A stretch of 64,000 nt of DNA from Candidatus Hydrogenedens terephthalaticus JGI OTU-1 (GCA_000493945.1 AWNW01000001.1:51055-115054), one strand, 5' to 3'; shown: positions 40,588-52,140, numbered from the stretch's first letter. Numbers and translations are program-made. Notes: generated by a model not told the origin, from the letters alone.

Positions 40588-41748
40588 ATGGAGCGAAGAA
40601 CCTTTTTAGGGCAAGTATTTTTCGCATTTCCTATATTAAATATATTGAAATCCGTTTTTTCAGAAGGGGTGGATAATCAAAGTGGAAGAGGGATTAATGA
40701 AAAATTAGTAGATGATGGGAAAAATATATGGGGCAAATTTTTTGGATTTAATTTATTGAATTATTTTATGGTTCATGGGAAGAAACCGTTTGAGGAAGAA
40801 GAATTTGCTCTTCTTCATCGTTTGGGCTTTAATTTTGTGCGATTGCCTATGGACTATCGGTGCTGGACTGATGAGAAGTCCTTATATCAGATACGGGAAG
40901 AGGATTTGAAAGAAATAGATAAAGCCATTGAGTTTGGCAAAAAATATAATGTGCATGTTTGTTTGAATTTTCACCGTGCTCCGGGGTGGACTGTGGCAAA
41001 ACCTGATGAAGCAATGAATTTGTGGGAGGATGAGGAGGCTCAAAAAGTCTGTTGTTATCACTGGCAAACTTTTGCGAGGCGCTATAAAGATATTTCTCCA
41101 ATGCAATTGAGTTTTAATCTTTTGAATGAACCTGGAAATGTTTCAGCAGAAAAACATAAGAATGTTATAAGCAAATTAGTAGATGCTATCCGCAGTGGGG
41201 ATGAAAAAAGACCTATTCATTGCGATGGAAGATTTTGGGGTGCTATACCTCCAGAAGAATTGTCCGATTTAGGTATTATTGCAAACTTACATATGTATAA
41301 ACCCTTTACAGTTACGCATTATAAAGCCTCATGGGCAGGGCAATGGGATAATGTCCCTGTTCCTGACTATCCATATAAGGAGGGAGATTTTGTATGGGAC
41401 AAGGAAGGAATTCGGGAGAGAGTAATTAACCCATGGAAAAAACTTGAAGATAAAGGGATACCGGTGTTCGTTGGCGAATTTGGAGCATTTAATCAAACCC
41501 CGCATAAGGCTGTGATGAGATGGTTAGAGGATACATTGAGTTTATTCCGTGAAGCGGGATGGGGTTGGTCTATGTGGAATTTTAAAGGATCTTTTGGACC
41601 GATTAATTCGGATAGAATGGATGTTGAGTATGAGGAATGGGAAGGGAATAAAGTTGACAGGCAAATGTTAACATTACTTCAAAAGTTTATACCTAAAAGT
41701 AGTTTTTTGATAGGAATTTTGTGTTACTCTTATTTCGTTTATTTTTAA
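40588..41748 (+). CDS. glycoside hydrolase family 5 (cellulase-like) with a Tat signal peptide
   Basis: MERRTFLGQVFFAFPIL twin-arginine motif. GH5 catalytic contexts FNLLNEPG (acid/base) and VFVGEFGA (nucleophile). The track ORF starts at 40558. Confidence 0.7.
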   Translation: MERRTFLGQVFFAFPILNILKSVFSEGVDNQSGRGINEKLVDDGKNIWGKFFGFNLLNYFMVHGKKPFEEEEFALLHRLGFNFVRLPMDYRCWTDEKSLYQIREEDLKEIDKAIEFGKKYNVHVCLNFHRAPGWTVAKPDEAMNLWEDEEAQKVCCYHWQTFARRYKDISPMQLSFNLLNEPGNVSAEKHKNVISKLVDAIRSGDEKRPIHCDGRFWGAIPPEELSDLGIIANLHMYKPFTVTHYKASWAGQWDNVPVPDYPYKEGDFVWDKEGIRERVINPWKKLEDKGIPVFVGEFGAFNQTPHKAVMRWLEDTLSLFREAGWGWSMWNFKGSFGPINSDRMDVEYEEWEGNKVDRQMLTLLQKFIPKSSFLIGILCYSYFVYF

Positions 41749-41877
41749 TAATTTATACAAGCCTGTCAGATTTTTATCTTTTACATAAATATCTTCTATA
41801 ATATGAAAACTTTTATTTTTCTTCTGCGGTTCTTAAGTAAGTGCACAGAATAGAAAGAAGACATATAAGGAAGTAAA

Positions 41878-42939
41878 ATGAGTGTAGCCATAATAACGGG
41901 TTCAGGCGGCTTAATAGGTTCTGCCTCAGTTCGGCGTTTTGCTAAAGAGAATTTTACAATTGTTGGGATTGATAATGATTTTCGTTCCTATTTTTTTGGT
42001 GAGGAGGCAAGTACCCGCTGGTCGGTAGAAAAACTAAAGGAAGAATTTTCCAATTACCATCATTATAATGTAGATATTCGTGATTATAATGAATTGGAAA
42101 AGATTTTTAATGAATATCAGAAAGATATTTCTATAGTTATACATACGGCGGCACAGCCCAGTCATGATTGGGCGGCAAAGGAACCGTTCACTGATTTTGG
42201 AGTAAATGCTTTAGGGACATTGAATTTACTGGAATTAACACGAAAGTATGCAATTCATGCGGTATTTATTTTTACTTCTACTAATAAAGTGTATGGAGAC
42301 CTTCCTAATTTTTTGCCTTTAATAGAGCAGGAGACACGGTGGGAAGTAGAACCGAGCCATCCCTGGGCAAGGTATGGAATTGATGAAACAATGAGTATTG
42401 ACCAGAGCCAGCATTCTATTTTTGGAGCGTCAAAGGTTGCTGCGGATGTTATGACGCAAGAATATGGCAGATATTTTGGAATGAAAACGGCTATATTCCG
42501 TGGGGGATGTCTAACAGGTCCTCAACATGCGGGAGCAGAATTGCATGGATTTCTTGCTTACTTGATGAAATGTGCAATGACAGGCAGGGAATATCGGATA
42601 TATGGGTATAAAGGAAAGCAAGTCCGAGATAATATTCATGCGAATGACCTTGTAGAATGTTTTTGGGAGGTGTATAAATCACCTCGTGTTGCTGAGGTTT
42701 ATAATATAGGAGGTAGTAGACACAGTAATTGTTCTTTGCTGGAAGCGATAAAGATGAGCGAAGAAATTGTCGGGAAGAAGATGAATTATGTATATGTAGA
42801 CCAGCCAAGAAGAGGTGACCATATCTGGTGGATAAGTGATGTGAGGAAGTTTCAAAATCATTACCCGCAATGGAAATATAAATATGATATACGCAAGATA
42901 TTAGAGGAGATTTATTATGGCCTCAAAGGCCGAGTATGA
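41878..42939 (+). CDS. NAD-dependent epimerase/dehydratase family (extended SDR) protein
   Basis: N-terminal Rossmann motif [11 protein letters not shown] and the nucleotide-sugar epimerase-like body. Confidence 0.7.
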   Translation: MSVAIITGSGGLIGSASVRRFAKENFTIVGIDNDFRSYFFGEEASTRWSVEKLKEEFSNYHHYNVDIRDYNELEKIFNEYQKDISIVIHTAAQPSHDWAAKEPFTDFGVNALGTLNLLELTRKYAIHAVFIFTSTNKVYGDLPNFLPLIEQETRWEVEPSHPWARYGIDETMSIDQSQHSIFGASKVAADVMTQEYGRYFGMKTAIFRGGCLTGPQHAGAELHGFLAYLMKCAMTGREYRIYGYKGKQVRDNIHANDLVECFWEVYKSPRVAEVYNIGGSRHSNCSLLEAIKMSEEIVGKKMNYVYVDQPRRGDHIWWISDVRKFQNHYPQWKYKYDIRKILEEIYYGLKGRV

Positions 42940-43714
42940 TTTATGTGCGATAACGAAGAATACGCTTTTATACTCTATTGTTATTCCCGCACATAACGAA
43001 GAAAAGAATATATTGCCGACAGTAGAAGAATTAATTCAAGAGTTGCGGAGGGAGAATATTCCTTTTGAAATTGTAATTGTAAACGATAATAGCACGGACA
43101 ATACGCTTCAGATGATTAAGGAAATGAGTAAGCAATATCCGGAAATTGTTCCTGTAGATAATCCGTTGCCCGGTGGTTTGGGTCGTGCTATTCGTAGTGG
43201 ATTAAAAAATGTTAAAGGTGATGTAATTGCCATTGTAATGGCAGACCGTTCCGATGACCCGAAGGATATTATTCGTTGCTATCGAAAAATTGAGGAAGGA
43301 TATGATTGTGTATTTGGTTCTCGTTTTCGAAAAGGAAGTGTAGTTACACATTACCCCCAGGTGAAGTTAATTGCCAATCGAATTGTTAATAAATTTTTAC
43401 AAATACTTTTTTTAACCCGTTTTAATGATTTAACCAATGCGTTTAAGGTATATCGCCGTCATGTGATAGAAAGCATTAGTCCCTTACAATCGGCACACTT
43501 CAATATAACTATTGAGATGTCATTATCTGCACTCATTCGTAAATATAAGATTGCAGAAATTCCGATTTCATGGTATGGAAGAACATGGGGACAATCTAAA
43601 TTAAAACTTCGGGAAATGGGAAGAAGATATTTATGTACCATGTTAATGATTTGGTTTGAGCGATTGTTAATTCTGGACGATATTATGAAGGAGAAGAACC
43701 ATCCTTCACGATAA
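42917..43714 (+). CDS. family 2 glycosyltransferase (dolichyl-phosphate mannosyltransferase-like)
   Basis: [13 protein letters not shown] ... [11 protein letters not shown] (GT2 DxD region). Confidence 0.75.
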   Translation: MASKAEYDLCAITKNTLLYSIVIPAHNEEKNILPTVEELIQELRRENIPFEIVIVNDNSTDNTLQMIKEMSKQYPEIVPVDNPLPGGLGRAIRSGLKNVKGDVIAIVMADRSDDPKDIIRCYRKIEEGYDCVFGSRFRKGSVVTHYPQVKLIANRIVNKFLQILFLTRFNDLTNAFKVYRRHVIESISPLQSAHFNITIEMSLSALIRKYKIAEIPISWYGRTWGQSKLKLREMGRRYLCTMLMIWFERLLILDDIMKEKNHPSR

Positions 43715-43727
43715 AAATTTTTCCATG

Positions 43728-44534
43728 CTATTTTTTCATTTTTTGTCGGAATAACTCCCATTCGGGTTCATTTTCAAAAATCCAGTGGTAATAATCTTTC
43801 TGTTTTAAATTTGAACCTGCTTCTTCATCTGCTACAAATATACAATTAGGATGTAATTGTAGTGCTGTAGCAGAAATCATAGCGGTAAATGGACCTTCGA
43901 CTGATTCAGCAAGTATTTTACTTTTGTGTTTTCCTGTTACCAATACTATGCATTCGTTGGCTTCAAGAATAGTTCCTACTCCCATAGTTATAGCTCTTTT
44001 GGGCATTTCTTCTGGATTGGGGAATAGATGTTTATTTTGTTCAATCGTTATCGGCGATAATGCCTTTTCTCGAGTTCTTGAAAACATAGATGATAATGGT
44101 TCGTTAAAACCTATATGCCCGGACTCTCCGATGCTCAATAATTGCAGGTCTATACCTCCAAAATCTTTTATCTTTTCCTCATATTCTTTGCATTCTTTTT
44201 TTATGTCCGTAGCCATACCGTTAGGAATATGTGTATTCCGCAAGTCAATGTTTATATGGCGAAAGAAAGTGTTATACATAAAGTAATGATATGACCCCGG
44301 ATGTTCTGGTGATATTCCTATGTATTCATCTAAATTAAAAGTTACTGCAAGTGAGAAGTCGAGGTTTTCCTGTTTATACATTTCTATTAGTCGTTGATAT
44401 AAAGGTACCATGGTTCTACCTGTGGCAAGACCCAGGACTAAATGTGGCTTTTTCCTCAGTCTTTCTGCGATAATATAGCCAACGAGTTCAACAGCGTCAC
44501 GAGAAGTCGGTTGAATAATAACTTGCATAAACAA
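43728..44534 (-). CDS. nagB: glucosamine-6-phosphate deaminase
   Basis: LVLGLATGRTMVPLYQRL and FNLDEYIG motifs of NagB. 268 aa. Confidence 0.85.
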   Translation of the reverse strand: MFMQVIIQPTSRDAVELVGYIIAERLRKKPHLVLGLATGRTMVPLYQRLIEMYKQENLDFSLAVTFNLDEYIGISPEHPGSYHYFMYNTFFRHINIDLRNTHIPNGMATDIKKECKEYEEKIKDFGGIDLQLLSIGESGHIGFNEPLSSMFSRTREKALSPITIEQNKHLFPNPEEMPKRAITMGVGTILEANECIVLVTGKHKSKILAESVEGPFTAMISATALQLHPNCIFVADEEAGSNLKQKDYYHWIFENEPEWELFRQKMKK

Positions 44535-44573
44535 ATTTCCTTATAATTGAAAGTATTAAAATAGGTATAAATC

Positions 44574-45221
44574 ATGAAAAAAGTATATACAACTACTGAA
44601 GAAGTATTCCACGCCCTTACCCATGGACTTGCTGCGGGATTAAGTATAGCAGGTTTTGTGGTGATGTTAATATTGGCAATTCAGAAAGAAGAACCGTGGA
44701 CCCTTGCAGGAGTTATAACTTTCGGTATCGCTTTAATTTTGCTATATTTGAGTTCAACTTTATATCATTCCTTCCCACAGGGAAAGATTAAAAGATTTTT
44801 TCAGTTTATGGACCATGCTTGCATTTATGTGTTGATTGCGGGTACTTATACTCCGTTTTTGCTGGTATATATGCGGGGCCCCTGGGGTTGGTCGCTTTTT
44901 GCTTCCCTCTGGATACTTACTTTGTTAGGATTTGTATTTAAGATTTTCTTTATTGGCAAATGGAACCGTCTGGCTACTTTTATTTACATACTTATGGGTT
45001 GGATAGCCATTATAGCGGTAAAACCTGCAATTCAAATGATACCTGCCGGTGCTTTATTGCTTATGCTTATTGGTGGAATTTTATATACCGGAGGAACTTT
45101 CTTCTACTTGTGGGAGCGATTACCCTTTCATCATGTAATATGGCACTTATTTGTTATGGGGGGAAGTCTAATCCATTTTTTATGTGTGTATTTATATATC
45201 CTCGCTCAAAACGCTTCATGA
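44574..45221 (+). CDS. hemolysin III family / PAQR channel protein
   Basis: Seven TM helices. N-terminal EEVFHALTHGLAAGL and the conserved His motifs of the HlyIII family. Confidence 0.8.
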   Translation: MKKVYTTTEEVFHALTHGLAAGLSIAGFVVMLILAIQKEEPWTLAGVITFGIALILLYLSSTLYHSFPQGKIKRFFQFMDHACIYVLIAGTYTPFLLVYMRGPWGWSLFASLWILTLLGFVFKIFFIGKWNRLATFIYILMGWIAIIAVKPAIQMIPAGALLLMLIGGILYTGGTFFYLWERLPFHHVIWHLFVMGGSLIHFLCVYLYILAQNAS

Positions 45222-45249
45222 AAATGTCAATTTTGTGATTTTTCCTTTC

Positions 45250-46440
45250 TTACAGGACTTTGCTGATGGCGTCGGTTAATCGGTCTATATTATTTGTTGT
45301 AATTCCGGCAACATTAATCCTTCCGGAATTAACAATATATATGGAAAATTCTTCTCTCAGTCGGAGAACCTGGTCTTTTGTTAAGCCTGAAAAGGAAAAC
45401 ATTCCCTTTTGTTTCTCAATGAAACTAAAATCTTGAGTAACACCTTTTTCTTTTAATTTTTCAACAAACAATTTCCGCATGCTTTTTATCCGTGTACACA
45501 TTTCCTGAACTTCTTTTTCCCATTCCTTGCGGAGTTCCTCAGAATTTAAGATAGTATGAACGATATAAGCACCATGCGCAGGCGGATTGGAGTAATTGGT
45601 TCGAATAACAACTTTCATCTGGCTTAGAACTTTCTGGCAAGTTTCGCTGGTACCACATACACCAATCAACGCTCCACACCGTTCGTTATATAAACCAAAA
45701 TTTTTGGAAAAAGAACTGCAAATAAAAACTTCGGGAACATTATTAACGATGATTCTTACTCCTTTTGCATCTTCTTCCAATCCATCTCCTAACCCTTGGT
45801 ATGCAAAATCAATCAAAGGGAGAATGCCTCTTGTTTTAATTACATTAGCAACGGTATTCCACTGTTCTTCATTTAAATCAATTCCTGTTGGGTTATGACA
45901 ACAGCCATGTAGCAAAACAATGTCCCCTTCAGGAATGGCTTCTAATGTGGACAGCATTTTATCCCAATCAAGGTCGTGAGTTTCCGCGTTGTAGTAAGGA
46001 TAAGTTTCAATTTCAAATCCTGCTAATTGAAATATTTTTGCGTGATTTTCCCATGTTGGATTACTTATCCATATTTTTTTGCTTCCGATATTTGTTTTGA
46101 TTAAGTCTGCAAAAACTCGTAAAGCGGATGTTCCACCTACAGTCTGAACAGTTGCTACCCTTTTATCCAATACACAGGGATTATCCTTTCCTAAAACCAG
46201 GTTCTGTACTTGTTCACAAAATTCAGGAGACCCTGAAATAGGAAGATAACTTTTTGTCTGTTCTTTTTCCAATAAGATTTTTTCAGCTTTTTTTACTGTG
46301 TTGAAAATGGGAGTTTTATTGGAGTTATCTTTATAAACTCCCACCCCTAAATTTATTTTTTCAGGATTACTATCTTTTAGAAATGCTTCGGTTAATCCCA
46401 GAATAGGGTCTGGAGGAGCCATTTTAAATCTTTCCAACAT
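45250..46440 (-). CDS. aspC: aspartate/aromatic amino acid aminotransferase (class I)
   Basis: N-terminus PPDPILGLTEAF..INLGVGVYKD and PLP-lysine context SFSKNFGLYNERCGAL. 396 aa. Confidence 0.85.
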   Translation of the reverse strand: MLERFKMAPPDPILGLTEAFLKDSNPEKINLGVGVYKDNSNKTPIFNTVKKAEKILLEKEQTKSYLPISGSPEFCEQVQNLVLGKDNPCVLDKRVATVQTVGGTSALRVFADLIKTNIGSKKIWISNPTWENHAKIFQLAGFEIETYPYYNAETHDLDWDKMLSTLEAIPEGDIVLLHGCCHNPTGIDLNEEQWNTVANVIKTRGILPLIDFAYQGLGDGLEEDAKGVRIIVNNVPEVFICSSFSKNFGLYNERCGALIGVCGTSETCQKVLSQMKVVIRTNYSNPPAHGAYIVHTILNSEELRKEWEKEVQEMCTRIKSMRKLFVEKLKEKGVTQDFSFIEKQKGMFSFSGLTKDQVLRLREEFSIYIVNSGRINVAGITTNNIDRLTDAISKVL

Positions 46441-46484
46441 ACTTTCCCCTTTCTCTTATTGGTTTTATTCTTATTATTTTTTAT

Positions 46485-47009
46485 TTATCTTTTATTTTCT
46501 TCGATACTTTTACGTGCTTTTTCGTCCAACTCCAATTCATAGCGGTCTACTTCTGTTAAGTGTCTATCTGTTACGATGATGATATGAAAACCGTATTTGG
46601 TTTCAATTATATCGCTTAATTGTCCGATAGGAGCAGACCAAACATAACTTTCGAAGGGAGGTTCAAAGGAATTTCGTCCATAATATCCCAAGTCTCCTCC
46701 GCGTCTTGCACTTGCAGGGTCGTTTGAATAATCTTTTGCAAGTTTTTCAAATGATTCACCCCGAGCAATACGCTGTTTTAGTTCTGTTATAAGTTCCAAA
46801 GCCCTTTGACGGTCGGCAGGGTCATTAGGAGAAAATTTAATGAGTATATGCTTTGCACGGACATACGAAGTTTTAGGCTTTATATGTCCTGCCATCCAGA
46901 TAATAGCGACCATGATAACAAAAAGAAGAATAATCCCGCCCCAAATATATTTTGTCCAATCTTTAGGTTCTTCTGGGGGGAGGTCATCTTTGTAAATCGT
47001 TTCTCTCAT
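46485..47009 (-). CDS. membrane-anchored parvulin-type peptidyl-prolyl cis-trans isomerase
   Basis: N-terminal TM helix. PpiC rotamase domain (VRAKHILIKF ... GGDLGYYGR ... GFHIIIV). Confidence 0.75.
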   Translation of the reverse strand: MRETIYKDDLPPEEPKDWTKYIWGGIILLFVIMVAIIWMAGHIKPKTSYVRAKHILIKFSPNDPADRQRALELITELKQRIARGESFEKLAKDYSNDPASARRGGDLGYYGRNSFEPPFESYVWSAPIGQLSDIIETKYGFHIIIVTDRHLTEVDRYELELDEKARKSIEENKR

Positions 47010-47032
47010 ACTTTATCCCGATTCCTTATTAT

Positions 47033-48055
47033 TTATATTCCTAACTGTTTGAACATGTTTCCATAAAGTTGAGCGTAAAAACTTATTACGATAAATCCTA
47101 TTATGACACCGACAGCCAATAAGATTAATATGCTGAAGATTTTGCTTGCAACTTTAAGAGCCTGCTGTGCGTCCAATAAAAAATATTCCGACACTTTTTG
47201 CAGAGTTTCATCTAATTTTCCTGATTGTTCGCCTATGGCTATCATCTCCTGACCTAATCGTCCTATCCAGGAAAGTGTCTTAAATGATTTTTCAAGGTTA
47301 CTTCCATTTCGAATAAGGTGAACAACGGCAAATATATCTTTCTGATAATCGGAGGATGGTAAAAGTTCGGAGGATTGAAGTAAGGCTTCTGTAATGGGGA
47401 TGCCACTGGAATAAAGTAATGCCAATGATTTGAAAAATCGGGCTAATGAGAATTTGTGAATTATAAAACTGAATGGATAGATGTATCTTAATATTCCATA
47501 TAAAGTAGACTGAAAACTTATTAAGTTTTTCAAAAATATAAAGATCATTATCAGGGCTATAAAAACGATAATTACTTTTATTTGAAACGAAATATAGGAA
47601 GAAAAATACATGCTTAATGAAAAAGCCTTTTCTAATCCAATATGCTGAACAATTCCTAAAGCGAAACTCCCTAAAAACCAGCCCAAGACCAATTGACTTA
47701 TCGGGTATATTAAGGAAGCAATTGTGGAGCGTTTCATTTTCCACAGGTCTTCATAATAGGAACTTAAGTCTCTTAAAATTGTATCTAATCTACCGGATTT
47801 TTCACCAGCGGACACAAGTTGCACAAATAAATCAGGAAATACTTCAGCCTTTTGTAATGCTTCACTTAATGTTGCCCCACGAATGAGGTCATCTGCACAA
47901 TGATACAAAATCGTTTTTACCTTTCGAGATGGAAAGTTATCCCCGACAATTTGCAATGCCTGAATAATAGGTATACCTCCTTCGTATGCAGATGCAAGTT
48001 GTCTGCATAAAATTGACATGGTTTTATAGTTTAATATAAACTTTCCAAAACTCAT
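47033..48055 (-). CDS. type II secretion / type IV pilus platform protein (GspF/PilC family), orphan
   Basis: Two T2SSF-type domains (...VSAGEKSGRLDTIL... / ...IAIGEQSGKLDETL...) and three TM segments. No cognate ATPase or pilin is present in the window. Confidence 0.7.
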   Translation of the reverse strand: MSFGKFILNYKTMSILCRQLASAYEGGIPIIQALQIVGDNFPSRKVKTILYHCADDLIRGATLSEALQKAEVFPDLFVQLVSAGEKSGRLDTILRDLSSYYEDLWKMKRSTIASLIYPISQLVLGWFLGSFALGIVQHIGLEKAFSLSMYFSSYISFQIKVIIVFIALIMIFIFLKNLISFQSTLYGILRYIYPFSFIIHKFSLARFFKSLALLYSSGIPITEALLQSSELLPSSDYQKDIFAVVHLIRNGSNLEKSFKTLSWIGRLGQEMIAIGEQSGKLDETLQKVSEYFLLDAQQALKVASKIFSILILLAVGVIIGFIVISFYAQLYGNMFKQLGI

Positions 48056-48221
48056 ATAAATAAGTATTCCATAAAATTAAACAATATTTTAACATAATGG
48101 CGATGTTTGTTACTTATTATGAGTAGTAAGGAATAAGAAGTATATTTGAATAGTTGTAAGTATTTGTTTCGTTAATTGTATAAGTTTTTCAAAAAGTTTA
48201 CATAACTGAGGTGTTGTATTT

Positions 48222-50399
48222 ATGAAAAAGAGAACCAGATGTTATTTTGTTTTTATCGTTCTTGTAACTTTTGTTGTTTTACTTTCCATTGATGGCTGGT
48301 CGGCAACAAAAAAGAAGAAAAAGGTTGAAGATGAAGTGCCACAGCCGCGTTCTTCTCCATGGGTTTTACGACACCGCTATACTTTTTCGTGGGAAGATAT
48401 GGGGATTGATTTTGATGAGATGAACGGGGATTGGCATATTTTTAATACTGTGCCCGATAATTATTCGGAGATGACAGTGATTGAAGGTTATGGTCCCTCG
48501 ATACAATTAAAAACAGGTGAAGAGATTTCCGCAGAGTCCCTGGGCAATGCGTTTACAGACAGGGTTGCGGTAGATAGTGTGTTTGGACCCGCAACACATT
48601 TTACGGCGGTATTCCCGATAAAAAATAATATTTTAATCCAACAGCGTGCCACGAGTTTTAAGCAGTGCAGTTTTGTCCTTTTTACTACACTGGTAACCAA
48701 TAATGGGACAAGCCCTATAACTATTTCAAAAATCAAGCCGTTTGTTTTCCCTCCTGTAGCAGGATTAATTAAACGAGTTCCTAACGAAAAAGTACGGAGA
48801 CCATTAGCCAATGTTAATGGATACTGGACTTATGTCTCAGAAGAAGAATCCCAAATATTAGAACTCACTACGAATAAAGGGCAGAAAATTGTTTTTGCCG
48901 TTTGTCCTCAGGGCAAATCTCGTTCTAAAATAGTTACGGAAGGGGATAGTGATAACTGGACAGGAGCAATAGAATGTGAATATTTACCTTCTTTGACAAT
49001 TGCACCCGGGGAAACTCTTGAAAGTGACCCGGTGCTTGTTTCTTTCAGTAATGATGCATATAAACTTCATACTACTTTTATATGGGCAATTTCCTTACTT
49101 TCTCCAACCCATTCTCAAATGGTAATTGAAAAACCTATTCGAGGTTGGATTTCTGTTGACCCTGAAAAGGCAAGTCTGGGGAATTTATCTAAAATTGCGG
49201 GTTTTTCAAGTAATGTTGGTATAAATGCTATATGTATCCCGAACGGCTGGGAACAACCATTGGGGTCTTTAAAAGGGAATACAAAGACCTTATCAAAAGA
49301 TATGAAATCTGTAATTGAACAATTAAAAAATCATGGTTCGTTAAAAGTGGGGTTATCATTAAATCCATGGGCTGTTCCCGCTGGAAGTGAATTTGCAGTA
49401 CCTGTATCCGATGAATATGCCTTTGTAAAATTTAATACCCCCAATGGATTAGAAATTGCAAAGAAACGATGGGAGAAAATTTTGTCCTGGAATCCCGACT
49501 TCATCGTTTGTGATATTTCTGTTCCGGATACCGTTTTAGAGCAGGTTAATGCAACTTATACGGAAGCAATGTTTCAAGGATTAAAGGAACTTTCCAACTA
49601 TTTTAAAAATATTCCTGTATATCCAAAGTTTTCTGATGCGGTTCTTAATACAGAACAAGAATTAACTCAATTCTGTGCGATTAGCGGAACATTAGCAAGT
49701 TTCAACACAGGAATTGGACCTGTAAAAGTCAATAACCAATTGGCAAATACTCAAAATTTTCTTTCAAATACTTTCCTTCAATCTTTTACGGGACCTGCAG
49801 TGTGGTTAGGAGATTTTAATAATTCAAACATTGCAAAAAAAATGCTTCAATTAACTCTCAAAACAAAACTAATGTTTTCACCTTTTGATGCAAACAAAAA
49901 AGAACCATCGGTTTGGTACTATCGGAGTTATGCAACTCAAGACAGTTTTAATAATTCGCTTATTTATGTTTCAAAAAATGTGGAACCTTTCCCAGCGTTA
50001 TTTCTAAAAAGTATAAATAACGATGCAATCTTCTGGGATTATGCAAAAGAAAAATTTATAGAGGATAATGAAACTATTCAAAGTAACCCGGAAGAGAAGT
50101 TTATTGGTTTAATGGTTAAAGCAGATATGCCATCCGTAGTTGGGATAAAAACAGCGAACCAATGTGGAATGGAATTTATCAGTTCTACTCGGTGGCTGAA
50201 TGAAGAAAAGAGATTAGAAGTTTTATGTAAAGATACAATGACATGTCCCGCTACTTTATATATTTATAAACCCGAGTCCTATAAAATAAATAAGGTTTTG
50301 ATTGACGGTAAACCCCTTAAAAGTGTAAAACTATCTGATAATATAATTTCTATTTCTTTTAAAACTGCACCTGAAAAAGTTGAATTAGTTGTGGATTGA
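48222..50399 (+). CDS. hypothetical secreted protein
   Basis: Signal peptide followed by a KKKKK region. 725 aa. No recognisable catalytic motifs. Confidence 0.35.
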   Translation: MKKRTRCYFVFIVLVTFVVLLSIDGWSATKKKKKVEDEVPQPRSSPWVLRHRYTFSWEDMGIDFDEMNGDWHIFNTVPDNYSEMTVIEGYGPSIQLKTGEEISAESLGNAFTDRVAVDSVFGPATHFTAVFPIKNNILIQQRATSFKQCSFVLFTTLVTNNGTSPITISKIKPFVFPPVAGLIKRVPNEKVRRPLANVNGYWTYVSEEESQILELTTNKGQKIVFAVCPQGKSRSKIVTEGDSDNWTGAIECEYLPSLTIAPGETLESDPVLVSFSNDAYKLHTTFIWAISLLSPTHSQMVIEKPIRGWISVDPEKASLGNLSKIAGFSSNVGINAICIPNGWEQPLGSLKGNTKTLSKDMKSVIEQLKNHGSLKVGLSLNPWAVPAGSEFAVPVSDEYAFVKFNTPNGLEIAKKRWEKILSWNPDFIVCDISVPDTVLEQVNATYTEAMFQGLKELSNYFKNIPVYPKFSDAVLNTEQELTQFCAISGTLASFNTGIGPVKVNNQLANTQNFLSNTFLQSFTGPAVWLGDFNNSNIAKKMLQLTLKTKLMFSPFDANKKEPSVWYYRSYATQDSFNNSLIYVSKNVEPFPALFLKSINNDAIFWDYAKEKFIEDNETIQSNPEEKFIGLMVKADMPSVVGIKTANQCGMEFISSTRWLNEEKRLEVLCKDTMTCPATLYIYKPESYKINKVLIDGKPLKSVKLSDNIISISFKTAPEKVELVVD

Positions 50400-50473
50400 T
50401 GTTTAAATACCTTTTTGTTTGTAATAAAATATTACAAACGGAAAAATTTGACTAAATACAGAAAAGGGGTTTT

Positions 50474-52138
50474 GTGATATACACCCGTTGGCAGAGACAA
50501 GCAACGAACACAGTTCGATTATTTGAAATATTTCAAGTTTTTGCGAAGTATGGGTTTTACGATTTTCTTTCCCGTTTGGGTTTGCTTCAACGCCTCCCGT
50601 GGTCTTTATACAGACAAATTAAAGAAGGTTTTCCCGATATTGATTTAACCTGGGGTGAACGGTTAAGACGGGCATTAACAGAATTAGGTCCTACTTTTAT
50701 AAAGATGGGACAGATACTTAGTACCCGTCCCGATCTTGTTGGGTCATCTATTGCTCAAGAGTTAAGTCTACTACAGGACCGTGTTGCCCCCCTTCCTTAT
50801 GAAGAAATTGTAAAAACTATAGAGAATGCTTTTAATAAACCTATAAATGAAATATATCCGAATTTTGATAGTAATCCAATAGCCGCAGGCTCGTTAAGTC
50901 AGGTTCATAAGGCGGTATTAAAAGATGGGAGATCTGTAGCAGTTAAAGTAAAAAGAGCAGGTATTGACCGTATTATTGCCGCCGATATTGAACTTATGAA
51001 AACCATAGCCACATGGTTAGAAGGGCATCCGGATGTTGCTTTTTTACGACCTTTGGGTATTGTAAATGAGTTTGCTCGTTCCATACGAAGAGAATTGAAT
51101 TTTTTAGTTGAGGCAAGGATTATACAAGTATTTCGTAAAAATATGATGAATCAAAAGAATGTCCTTATTCCTAATGTATTTAAGGGATATACTACGCCAG
51201 AAATTCTGACGATGGAATGGGTAGATGGAGTGCGAATTGACCAATTTGATCAATACGAAGCCCGAAATTGTGACCGCAAAACCATTGCCCGTTTAGGATG
51301 TGAAATTCTTTGTAAAATGATATGTGAAGATAGACTGTTTCATGCAGACCCTCACCCCGGTAATATCTTTATTACTTGTAACAATCAGATTGCCTTTCTC
51401 GATTTGGGGATGGCAGGAAATTTAGACGCTCAGGATGTGATGTTGATAACCAATTTACTTATGTCTATTTTTCATCAAGATGTAAAACAATGTACAAAAG
51501 CGGTGTTGGCACTATGTTCTCGGTCTGATTTTAAGGAAATTAAATCCCTTGAAAATGAAATATCCGATTTCCTTGCGTTTGAAGCGTATTTAATTATTAG
51601 CACAGGACAGGTAGGAAAAGGGATTGAAAGGGCTATTGAGATATTAAGGAATCATGGATTAGAGTTAGAATCTCGTTTTACACTTTTACTCAAAGCATTG
51701 GCAACCATAGAGAGTGTCGGAAGGCAGTTAGACCCAGAACTTGACTTTGTTTCCATTATACAGCCTTATTTTGAACGATTTATATTGTCTAAATACGAAC
51801 TTCCAAATTTATCTCGTGAAATTACTCAACAATTGAATTCGCTCTGGAGATTTTTTGTTGAATTGCCCGACGATGTTCGAAGTATCACCACACAAATGCG
51901 TTCCGGAGAATTAAAATTTCATGTTCATCATGAATATTTAGAAAAATTAGCAAATATACTCGACAAATCCAGCAGTCGAATTTCAATAAGCATGATAACC
52001 TCCGCATTAATAGTAGGCTCAAGTCTTTTAGTAACGACATCATCAGCGACTAAAAACTTAGGCACAATAGGATTTTCGATAGCCGGGGTTCTTGCTATTT
52101 ATCTGATAATTTCTATATTGTTTTCTAAAAAGTTATAG
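50474..52138 (+). CDS. ubiB: ABC1/UbiB family atypical protein kinase
   Basis: FIKMGQILSTRPDLV, AAGSLSQVHKA (Lys region), HADPHPGNIF and C-terminal TM helices. Confidence 0.85.
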   Translation: MIYTRWQRQATNTVRLFEIFQVFAKYGFYDFLSRLGLLQRLPWSLYRQIKEGFPDIDLTWGERLRRALTELGPTFIKMGQILSTRPDLVGSSIAQELSLLQDRVAPLPYEEIVKTIENAFNKPINEIYPNFDSNPIAAGSLSQVHKAVLKDGRSVAVKVKRAGIDRIIAADIELMKTIATWLEGHPDVAFLRPLGIVNEFARSIRRELNFLVEARIIQVFRKNMMNQKNVLIPNVFKGYTTPEILTMEWVDGVRIDQFDQYEARNCDRKTIARLGCEILCKMICEDRLFHADPHPGNIFITCNNQIAFLDLGMAGNLDAQDVMLITNLLMSIFHQDVKQCTKAVLALCSRSDFKEIKSLENEISDFLAFEAYLIISTGQVGKGIERAIEILRNHGLELESRFTLLLKALATIESVGRQLDPELDFVSIIQPYFERFILSKYELPNLSREITQQLNSLWRFFVELPDDVRSITTQMRSGELKFHVHHEYLEKLANILDKSSSRISISMITSALIVGSSLLVTTSSATKNLGTIGFSIAGVLAIYLIISILFSKKL

Positions 52139-52140
52139 AG

